Shown one piece after another: positions 38,221 through 47,504 of a DNA stretch of 64,000 nt. The notes below the pieces were generated by a model. The model was not told where the DNA came from. It ran no database searches and worked only from the letters and a program-made list of their open reading frames with translations. Made by a program: the position numbers and the translations under genes. The DNA is from Marsupella aquatica (Eukaryota; Plantae; Marchantiophyta). The number at the start of each line of letters is the position of its first letter. Position 1 is the stretch's first letter. The stretch covers positions 24,922,709 to 24,986,708 of the forward strand of contig OZ316894.1 of NCBI GenBank assembly GCA_973895155.1. The letters run 5' to 3'.

Positions 38221-40388
38221 TATGTCTTGTAGGGTTCTTTTTCAACTTCTAACAATACCAATCAAAATTTCTCAACATAAAAATTTGTGGACAAAGAAAT
38301 AGATATGACCTCATAGCTTTGAGTTTGCTTCCCTGGTTGGGGCAATGAATACTTAATTGCTCATGGAATCTTGCAGTAAATTACATTGGAACTTTAATTG
38401 TTACTAGAGAGGGCAGGCATACACAAAGCGGGGTGAGAAAGTATTTTTGTTCATCCATTCCCTTAGGAGTGCCCCTTCCCAGTAAAAACTTTGCATGGCA
38501 AACCTCTATTGTTCCTTTGTCTGTTTGTTTCTTTCTGGGGTGACCTTCATCCCCTTGTGTGTTATTGATTGCCCAACGCTGTTTTTTGAAAAACATATTT
38601 AAAAAAATACATCTATATAGTGTATAACTAGCATTTGTCAACGTGACTTTTGAGAAGCCAATTTTTTGACAAAAATTTGCGTAGGAATTGAGGACTGGTA
38701 GTACTCTTCGCCCATATTACATAGAGCCTGACCCTTAATTAATACCAAGGGAATGAGTATTGGAGCTCTCGTCTATTGGAGCTCTTGTCTCTCTTTACAC
38801 CCGCAAAACATGGACCTGTGGTACATTTCTCTCCACTCTCATCACGAAGGTGATTCTTATTGAAGTTGGCCTACGATAGCTTGCCACATAACAGCTTTAT
38901 ACTTCAATCATAATATTGTAGCATATTTTGGAGTATATTTGTACGCAGGTATAGATATAGCTGTCAAAATTCAAAAACTGCAAAATAGGGAGAAACCACA
39001 CGGTAGGAATCAAGCTTTAGTGATATTTGAAAGTTTTAGTAACAAATGACTAATGTGAGCCTGAATGAAGAACAATATGAATGGTCTCAAGAATGCCTAC
39101 ATGGAGATTCTATGACAAATATAAAGAATGTCCATAATTTACATGTCTGGAAGTAGCTGTCTATAATCTATAGTAATAATAGATCTCCAAGGAATCTTTA
39201 TAATAATGATAGTATATGTCTATAATGTGCATTATTAGATTCTATTTCATTGTATGCAAGGCTCACATGCATTTACTACAACAAATTACTATGTAAATGG
39301 TGAACCAAATCCTCTTTCACCAACTCCTCCTCTAGACTGCCCTCCACCACCTCTCTTTCCTAGTGGTGCCCTGCCAGGTCCTTCCTGGCTCATCGTGCAG
39401 GCCAAAATGCAAACTAAAAGTGCAGCCATTCAGAGTGCAGTTAGTTATAGCCTTTACACCCGCCTTTACATTGTCAAAAATGGTGTTAACAACAGGATTC
39501 ACAACAGTCACATTTGGCAGAGAACAAATGCCTTGAACCTTGAATGAGAGGAATTCAAAGCATCCCAATCTATTGAATTTAAAAAACATTATATGTCATT
39601 AAAAACCGGCTCTTGATGAAAGCGTATGGGATTCTCTGCTTCAAAAACTGGCTCCACCACTTCTGCCTCCATAACAATAGCCTCAATCACAACTCATCCA
39701 GTTCCATCGACCACTGCCTCAGCTTCTTGGATCGGAAGCGATGTGTGAGACTCAATGTCGATGCTAGAACATCTGCTTGACTCTACAGCAGACTCAGCCT
39801 CTGCACACTCATTCTTGTACGTTAGACTTTGCAAAAGTACACAAGAAAAAAAAACACAAGAAGGAAGTTTTGTGCGCTATAGTAGCCTCCAAGAAAAAAT
39901 AGAAAATCTATTGTACATTCTCCAAATTAATACAACCTTCTTAGTTGAAGGCTCTTCAATTGTAAGATCAACCTCCAAGCAAACATTCTTCTGCTAACCA
40001 CCATCGATGTGGATTTCATCCCCTTAGCAGTCTCCTCTGTGACAGTTGTAGAATAAGGTGTGCCATCAGCAGCACACCTCGTAGCCGCTCAAACTTATCT
40101 TTTGCGCTTTGATCATACCTTTCATATGCATCCTAACTCTTGTGTCCTGAAATTTTCATGCCAGCCTTTGGGGGCACACCCTCCGCAGATATCAATGAAA
40201 TGCATGTAGTCCTTCCAGACTTATTAGAAATATCATACCATTAGTCTCAAGACCAACTTCCTGGTGCATAACTCTCAAGCAACCGCCTAGAGTCTTCTCG
40301 CCAAGTCGAGAGATAGAATACCATCCCAATACTATGCATAAGTCCTAGGATTTTTTATACATTGGTAAAACAAAAAAGTAGCACTGGC

Positions 40389-40677
40389 CTCGGGGGGTTA
40401 ACTTAGTGTATATTTTGGGGTACCACGTACGATCCTAGCCTAATATAAACACACCTATTTTATAATGAGAATATTCCAAAAACATTCTCTATTTTCAATC
40501 TTAATGACCTATTTTACTTTATAAAAAGTATATATAATTAGAGAATATTCTATAAATATTGGTCTATAATACCTTCTTTTGCTTTCTACGTTTTTTAAAA
40601 ATTTAGCTAATTTCTATGAAAAATACCTATTTTGGATCGCACGTGGTTCCTAAGATTTTTGATAGTCAACCCCCGAG
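40389..40677. mobile_element. MITE family A, best-preserved copy, inserted in the recombinase gene
   Basis: TIRs CTCGGGGGGTTAACT / AGTCAACCCCCGAG. Perfect 8-bp TSD GCACTGGC (40381-40388, 40678-40685). Confidence 0.9.
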
Positions 40678-40933
40678 GCACTGGCCCTGATGTAGTCAAT
40701 GATTGCTGGCCAGAAGTGCTCTTCATGGCCGTAGTGATCCATAGTGATACGGTAGTTCTTACTAAGTTGCTCATTGTAACGCACGAGTTGTCCATGGACA
40801 TCAGTTGCAAACTCAAAATCAGACTTCATTAAGCCATACAATTCCTTTCCACCTCTAATACAATATTGATTCAACAGATAGAACACTGCCCTCTGCTGCA
40901 GCCCTCTGGAGTGCGATTTCACAGTGCAAGAAT

Positions 40934-41392
40934 TGTTGGGTATTTACTCTTACGTCTAGGTTAGGTATGACATGGTTGGTACAACAACGTGGGTTGGTAC
41001 AACTACGTGGTTAGGTACAACTACGTGATTAGGTACAACTATGTGGTTAGGTACAACTACGTGATTAGGTACAACTATGTGGTTAGGTACAACTACGTGA
41101 TTAGGTACAACTATGTGGTTAGGTACAACTAAGTTGCACACTATATCATAAGAGGCATGTGTGCTTGGAGAGGTAGAACCAAGGCTCATTGTTATGGAGC
41201 CACTTGAGAGAGATAGGGAGAGCTTACACTGTGGAGACTCGGTATAGCCGACGGGCTTAGAGTTCAGTAAAGCTCTCTTGTGTGTTCCCGTGGACGTAGC
41301 CTCAAGGAGGTGAACCACGTATCTCTTGTGTCGACTATTGTGCGTTGGATGGTTCATGGGCTTGCCGTTGCGATCGTCGTCTATGCTCAGAA
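40934..41392 (+). repeat. 5' LTR containing an 18-bp tandem array (GGTACAACTA(C/T)GTG(A/G)TTA, ~9 copies)
   Basis: Starts TGTTGGG. Direct repeat of 47046-47504. Confidence 0.95.
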
Positions 41393-41394
41393 AT

Positions 41395-41406
41395 TGGTAT
41401 CAGAGC
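41395..41406 (+). promoter_or_regulatory. Primer-binding site for initiator tRNA-Met
   Basis: TGGTATCAGAGC, 2 nt after the 5' LTR. Confidence 0.93.
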
Positions 41407-42546
41407 ATGCTTGGGAGGTGACGTGTGTTCGTGACGGGATTTCATGACGGTTTTTCCAACGTTGAGTGTTGGTGGATTTTCCAGAGTTCCATCGCATGGA
41501 ACTTGGAGTTTATGGGCTCAACGGATAGATCAGGGCAAGAGCTTTCTAACGGTGTGAAGAAATCGTTGAACGGAGCTCGTGGTGCAGAGAGATCTAAGTT
41601 TTCGTCGTTCTGGATTTTGTGAAGAAAGTTGGCAATCGACTCGGAGGGAGAAGCGTCAAGTGTTTTGACTCAACGGAGAGATTGAGGCAAGACGATTGTT
41701 TTTGAGTCCGGGATTGGCTCTTTGATGCAAAGAGGAAGGCTAAGCAAAATCAATTACCTTGTTGGACTTGGTGACGGCACCAAGTGCAATTGATCAACAT
41801 TCGTTGTTGACAAGATACCATTTTTTTCTCTTTGAAAAACTGATTCGAAATTGGCTATGGCAATTGAGAGAAATCTGTCATCTTTACCAATTTTTTTCTC
41901 CCTTGTTCTTTCCTCGTTTTGGGTGCTTCTTATATCGATCTTCATCGCCTCGGAGTCTAGTTTCCAAATCTGAAATCGGATCTTGATTTCGTCAAAACCC
42001 GAGTGAGATATCTTGCGTTTGGTGTCGAGGGGTACATTCTGCCGTGTGTATTTTCTGCGCGCGCGACCAGATTTCGACGACGAAGGGTGGTAGGGGGTTT
42101 TGGGGGTTCGAGGACACATGTCAGCCCCTCGATTGTTCTTCCAAAATTCCCACAGGGCCTGTACAAGGGTCATAGAATATTCCAAAAAACCAGAGAGCTA
42201 TTTTTTGACCGTCCGACAAAGATTTCATCCGTCGAACGGTAACTTTTTTGGTTATTTTTTGGCGAGGTCGTAGCCATTGAAGTTGGCAATGCAGCGCACC
42301 AATCACATCGCAATTCCGACAACGGGTTGTACTTGGTATTTTGGTTATTCCCTGAGGTGGTCAAAACGGGGGAGTTTCCCAAGGTTTTACCCACCTCGAC
42401 CGAAATTTGAATAACTTTTCCGTCAAATTTCGATTTTGATTTTGGTTTTCAGTATTGGACTCCTAGCTTTGTGGGCTTGGCGGCGGTGTTGAGTTTCGAG
42501 TTTTTTGAGAAGTTGTGAAAAACAACATTTTTTGTGACTTTCTCAT

Positions 42547-43581
42547 ATGAGTGATTCGGAGGAGTTTTTTGAAGACGTGGAACTTGAAGCACGAGGATCA
42601 CCGCGGAGGTTTCAGGGGCAGAGAGAGGAGCAGGAGGAAGAGCACGTGACACCGATACCATCACCGGTGCGGCGTGTGGTGGAGGAAGCAGTACTACTAC
42701 CGGAGCTCACGGTAAAGAAGAAGATGGGGACTTTCAAGCTTGGGGGACCCAAGTATGAAGTGACAAAGTATGATGGGCGCTCTGACTACTTGCTATGGGA
42801 GAAGCAGGTGAAGGGAGTGCTTTATGCGTCAGGGATGGGCCAACTGCTGAGCCCTCGTGAAGACGATGTTGATGAGAAACAATGGGACCGCATGCAGGAG
42901 CAGGGAGTGTGGTGTGTTACACTCTATCTCATGCCTCCCATCATCAAGCAGTTAGGTGCACATAAGGATTGCATGTCCTTGTTTGCGGAATTGCAGAGCA
43001 AGTATCACCGCAAGGAGTTGTCGAACCGGCTCTACACTTCCTACAAACTGATGAGTTTCAGGATGAAGGAATCTGGTACGAAGTTGCAAGACCATGTGGA
43101 TGCTTTCAACGACATGGTCGTTGACTTGGAAAACCTTGGGGAGACTTTGAATGATGAGACGAAGGCTCTGCAGCTTCTTAGTTCATTGCCTCCATCTTAC
43201 CAGTCCCTATCACGAGTGTTGTTGCATCGTGATAGGGATACCATTTCATACAATGACGTGGTAAGTTCTCTGCTTAGTGATGATCTTCAGCAGAAGATGC
43301 ACATCACGTCACAGCCTTCATCATCTGGTGCTGCCCTCAATGTTAACCATGGGAGGAGTATGCAGCGACCAACTGGGGACCGTAGAACCCAGTTTAGATC
43401 TAAATCCAGATCTAAATCCAAGGGTAAATCCCCTCAGAGGAGGCAGGTGACATGTTGGAAGTGCAACCAAGTTGGACACTTCAAGCGAGACTGTAAGGGA
43501 AAGGCATCGGAAACTTCATCGGCAAATGTGGCTAGGGCTGATGGAGAAGCTGATTTACTCAATGATGAGTATGTTTTATGA
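42547..43581 (+). CDS. gag: Copia Gag, 344 aa
   Basis: KYEVTKYDG...LW, UBN2-type region (DHVDAFNDMVVDLENLG...LLSSLPPSY), CCHC knuckle CWKCNQVGHFKRDC. Ends at TGA 43579-43581. Confidence 0.92.
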   Translation: MSDSEEFFEDVELEARGSPRRFQGQREEQEEEHVTPIPSPVRRVVEEAVLLPELTVKKKMGTFKLGGPKYEVTKYDGRSDYLLWEKQVKGVLYASGMGQLLSPREDDVDEKQWDRMQEQGVWCVTLYLMPPIIKQLGAHKDCMSLFAELQSKYHRKELSNRLYTSYKLMSFRMKESGTKLQDHVDAFNDMVVDLENLGETLNDETKALQLLSSLPPSYQSLSRVLLHRDRDTISYNDVVSSLLSDDLQQKMHITSQPSSSGAALNVNHGRSMQRPTGDRRTQFRSKSRSKSKGKSPQRRQVTCWKCNQVGHFKRDCKGKASETSSANVARADGEADLLNDEYVL

Positions 43582-46500
43582 AGCCGGGGGTATGCCCTGT
43601 GCACGTCATCTAGGAGAGCAGATGATGTGTGGATTCTTGATTGTGCTTGCTCTTTTCATATTTGTTACATTCGTGAGTTTTTCAGTTCTTACTCTGTTTC
43701 AAACGGTTCAGTTCTGATGGGAAATGATCACTCCTGTCAAATTGAGGGAATTGGGTCTGTGAAGATTCAAATGTTTGATGGCGCTGTGCGCACAGTGTCC
43801 GGAGTCAGGTATGTACCTGGCATGCGTAAGAATCTGATTTCACTCGGTGTGTTGGATTCAAATGGTCATCAATGGAGCGTTATTGATGGTGAACTTCAAG
43901 TCAGGTCGGGAGAGACAGTGATTTTGAAGGGGAGTAGACAAAAGAATTTGTATGTGTTACAGGGCAATACTGTATGTGGAGAGGCCAATGTAACCAAGTC
44001 TCACGAGGAGATGACTCAACTGTGGCATTCACGGCTAGGCCACATGAGTGAGAAGGGTTTGGCTATCTTATGGAAGAATGGACTCATTTCTGATTTGCAA
44101 TCTTGTAAATTAGAGTTTTGTGAGCATTGCATTCTTGGAAAGCAGCATCGTCATGCTTTTGGTGTTGGAACTCATCGTTCCAAAGCGGTTCTTGAGTACA
44201 TACATAGTGACGTGTGGGGTCCATCCCCGACTCCCTCACACTCTGGAAAGTTGTACTATGTATCATTTATTGATGATTACTCAAGATTTGTGTGGATTTA
44301 TTTCATGACGCATAAGTCTGATGTCTTGTCCATTTTTAAGAAGTGGAAGGCCCAGGTGGAGAATCAGACTGGAAACACGATCAAGTGTTTGGATACAAGG
44401 GTAAAGAGTCTGAGGTCAGACAACGGCGGGGAGTACACTTCAATGGAATTTGAAGAGTACTGTTCAGAACAGGGGATAACTCGCCATCTCACCACAGTTT
44501 ATACTCCGCAGCAGAATGGTGTCGCTGAGAGGCTCAATCGGACATTGTTGGAGCGGTCACGGAGTATGTTGAGCCAATCAGGTTTACCACAAGAATTTTG
44601 GGCAGAAGCTGTCAATACCGTAGCTTATTTGGTAAATCTTTCTCCTTCTAGTGCTATCAATTTCAAAACGCCGTTTGAGATGCGCTATAAGCGGCAAGCA
44701 GACTATCATGGCTTGGTAATTTTTGGAAGTGATGCATATGCTCTCACACCAAAGCAGAATAGGACCAAGTTGGATCCTACCTCCAGGAAATGTGTTTTTC
44801 TTGGGTACCAGAGTGGTGTGAAAGCCTATAGGCTATGGGATCCTATTGCCTGTAAGCTCGTTGTCAGTAGGGATGTTTCCTTCAATGAATCCAGATTATT
44901 GAAGGAGGAGGAGAATACTCAGGTCTCCCGTACTGACAAAGGAAAATCTCCTATCCCGGATCTCGTTGAGGGGGAGATTGGTTATGAGGTGCATGACCGG
45001 AGAGAAGGAGTTGCTCCAATTATGGAGCTGGTTCCTGTGCCAGAGGAACCAGAGGAGTTTGTTGATGCTGGTGAGCAACAAGTGGATGTTGTTGAGCTTC
45101 AAATTGTACCAGCACACGCAGATCAACCGGAGTCATCGGCTAGAAGAACATCTGGTCGCACTGTACGCGCTCCATCAAGGTATGGACAGTGGGTTGATTC
45201 ATCTCAACTGCAAGAGGATGATTTTACAGCTGATGATGAGGGTGATGCGTTAATTTTGGAAGAAGGAGAACCTTCTTCATTTCATGAGGCAAGTGCTTCA
45301 AAAGAGAAGCAGAAGTGGACTACAGCAATGCAAACGGAGATGCAGTCACTAAAGGACAACAAAACTTGGGAGCTTGTTAAGCTGCCTAAGGGTCAGCAAG
45401 TGGTGGACAGCAAGTGGATTTACAAGCTGAAGGATAATTCCATAGGAGGTGGATCGAAGGTCTACAAGGCTAGATTGGTAGCAAAGGGATTCACACAAGA
45501 GAAAGGTGTGGATTACAATGAGGTCTTCTCACCAGTTGCTAAGTACTCTACAATACGACTATTGTGTGTACTTGTTGTAATGTTTGGTCTGCTCCTAGAT
45601 CAGATGGATGTTGTCACAGCTTTCCTCTATGGCACATTGGAAGAGGTGATCTTCATGAGACAACCGCTAGGTTTTGTAAAGAGAGGACAGGAGGAATTGG
45701 TTTGCAGATTGCTGAAATCCTTGTATGGGTTGAAGCAGTCACCAAGACAGTGGAACAAGCGGTTTGACGATTGGATTCGGTCACAAGGTTTTCACAGAAG
45801 TGTATTTGACCCTTGTGTGTATTTGAAACCGGTGAAGAATGTTGTCTTTGGGTTCATTGTTTTAGTACTTTATGTGGATGACATGCTAATTGCAGCCAAG
45901 GATAGGTCTGAGATTGTTAAGCTCAAGGCACTGCTTAGTGCAGAGTTTAAGATGAAGGACTTAGGGCCAGCTAAGAGGATTTTGGGTATGGAGATCACTA
46001 GGGACTTGGAGGCTGGCAAGCTATGGTTGACGCAGAGCAGTTATGCGAGGAAGGTAATTGCAAGGTTCAACATGGAGAATAGCAAGCCAGTAAGTACCCC
46101 GTTGGCTCCACACTTCAAGTTATCATCAGCGTTCTGTCCTACGGATGACACAGAGAAGGGGTTGATGTCAAAGGTTCCATATGACAAGGCAGTGGGGAGT
46201 CTCATGTATTTGATGACTTGCACTAGACCTGATCTTGCCATGGCTATGGGCAAGGTGAGCAGGTACATGTCGAATCCAGGGAAGGTACACTGGGAAGCAG
46301 TGAAGTGGATTATCAGGTACTTGAAGGGTACCGTGGATCATGGTCTTTTATTTGATGCGAATGCAAAGAATGCTAGATCATTGATTGGCTATGTAGATTC
46401 TGACTATGGACAAGATTTGGACCGAAGGAGATCAACAACAGGATACGTGTTCACACTTGGCGGTGGATGCATAAGTTGGAGGTCTACTTTGCAGAAGTGT

Positions 46501-46854
46501 ATTGCTCAGTCTACTACAGAAGCGGAGTATGTTGCAGCTGCGGAAGCAGCAAAGGAAGCGATTTGGTTGGATAGACTTATCACTGAAATGGGATTGCCAC
46601 AGGGGAATGTGAAGCTCCATTGTGATAGTCAAAGTGCGCTCCACCTTGCTGTGAACCAGGTGATGGATAGCAGAGTGAAGCACATTGACGTCAGGTACCA
46701 TTTTATCAGGCAGGCTGTGTCTGATAATTTGTTTGAGCTAGTCAAGATTGATGGTAAACTCAACCCGGCTGACGCATTTACCAAAGTGATTCCTTTGGAG
46801 AGTTTCTCTAGACACCGTGACGTATTGCAGGTTTTGCAATTGCATTACAAGTAG
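43582..46854 (+). CDS. pol: Copia Pol (protease, integrase, RT, RNase H), in the same frame as gag
   Basis: WILDCACSFH protease; WHSRLGH...CEHC; IHSDVWGP, RSDNGGEY, QQNGVAER integrase; KARLVAKG, LYVDDML RT; YVDSDY, EAEY, CDSQSA, KHIDVRYHF, NPADAFTK RNase H. Open throughout. Confidence 0.95.
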   Translation, partial: SRGYALCTSSRRADDVWILDCACSFHICYIREFFSSYSVSNGSVLMGNDHSCQIEGIGSVKIQMFDGAVRTVSGVRYVPGMRKNLISLGVLDSNGHQWSVIDGELQVRSGETVILKGSRQKNLYVLQGNTVCGEANVTKSHEEMTQLWHSRLGHMSEKGLAILWKNGLISDLQSCKLEFCEHCILGKQHRHAFGVGTHRSKAVLEYIHSDVWGPSPTPSHSGKLYYVSFIDDYSRFVWIYFMTHKSDVLSIFKKWKAQVENQTGNTIKCLDTRVKSLRSDNGGEYTSMEFEEYCSEQGITRHLTTVYTPQQNGVAERLNRTLLERSRSMLSQSGLPQEFWAEAVNTVAYLVNLSPSSAINFKTPFEMRYKRQADYHGLVIFGSDAYALTPKQNRTKLDPTSRKCVFLGYQSGVKAYRLWDPIACKLVVSRDVSFNESRLLKEEENTQVSRTDKGKSPIPDLVEGEIGYEVHDRREGVAPIMELVPVPEEPEEFVDAGEQQVDVVELQIVPAHADQPESSARRTSGRTVRAPSRYGQWVDSSQLQEDDFTADDEGDALILEEGEPSSFHEASASKEKQKWTTAMQTEMQSLKDNKTWELVKLPKGQQVVDSKWIYKLKDNSIGGGSKVYKARLVAKGFTQEKGVDYNEVFSPVAKYSTIRLLCVLVVMFGLLLDQMDVVTAFLYGTLEEVIFMRQPLGFVKRGQEELVCRLLKSLYGLKQSPRQWNKRFDDWIRSQGFHRSVFDPCVYLKPVKNVVFGFIVLVLYVDDMLIAAKDRSEIVKLKALLSAEFKMKDLGPAKRILGMEITRDLEAGKLWLTQSSYARKVIARFNMENSKPVSTPLAPHFKLSSAFCPTDDTEKGLMSKVPYDKAVGSLMYLMTCTRPDLAMAMGKVSRYMSNPGKVHWEAVKWIIRYLKGTVDHGLLFDANAKNARSLIGYVDSDYGQDLDRRRSTTGYVFTLGGGCISWRSTLQKCIAQSTTEAEYVAAAEAAKEAIWLDRLITEMGLPQGNVKLHCDSQSALHLAVNQVMDSRVKHIDVRYHFIRQAVSDNLFELVKIDGKLNPADAFTKVIPLESFSRHRDVLQVLQLHYK

Positions 46855-47045
46855 AGTTTTCTTAAACATTCATTGTAATTACTGATATATGCTCTTCCTC
46901 ATTCCTATGTATTAGGCTACGGCTTAGTTCTGGTTTGCTCTAGTTAGAGAGGGAAACCGGTTTGGTTTCTGTCCAGAACTTCCCGCTGAGGGATCATATA
47001 CATTGGCAGTATTACTCTCCCCTAGACCAGAGTCAAGGGGAAGAT

Positions 47046-47504
47046 TGTTGGGTATTTACTCTTACGTCTAGGTTAGGTATGACATGGTTGGTACAACAAC
47101 GTGGGTTGGTACAACTACGTGGTTAGGTACAACTACGTGATTAGGTACAACTATGTGGTTAGGTACAACTACGTGATTAGGTACAACTATGTGGTTAGGT
47201 ACAACTACGTGATTAGGTACAACTATGTGGTTAGGTACAACTAAGTTGCACACTATATCATAAGAGGCATGTGTGCTTGGAGAGGTAGAACCAAGGCTCA
47301 TTGTTATGGAGCCACTTGAGAGAGATAGGGAGAGCTTACACTGTGGAGACTCGGTATAGCCGACGGGCTTAGAGTTCAGTAAAGCTCTCTTGTGTGTTCC
47401 CGTGGACGTAGCCTCAAGGAGGTGAACCACGTATCTCTTGTGTCGACTATTGTGCGTTGGATGGTTCATGGGCTTGCCGTTGCGATCGTCGTCTATGCTC
47501 AACA
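47046..47504 (+). repeat. 3' LTR
   Basis: TGTTGGG...CTCAACA, followed by TSD AGAAT. Confidence 0.96.

Larger units (their letters stand above)
40934..47504 (+). mobile_element. Full-length, very young Ty1/Copia LTR retrotransposon (Tnt1/Tork-like), 6571 bp
   Basis: 459-bp LTRs at 40934-41392 and 47046-47504, identical by eye except for 2 of the last 3 nt. TSD AGAAT (40929-40933, 47505-47509). PBS TGGTATCAGAGC. Purine-rich PPT before 47046. Domain order gag-PR-IN-RT-RH. Confidence 0.97.

Noticed and set aside
40956-41357. 133/145-aa ORFs with (VVPNH)n repeats (also 47068-47505)
   Set aside because: Antisense translation of the 18-bp LTR array; not a gene.
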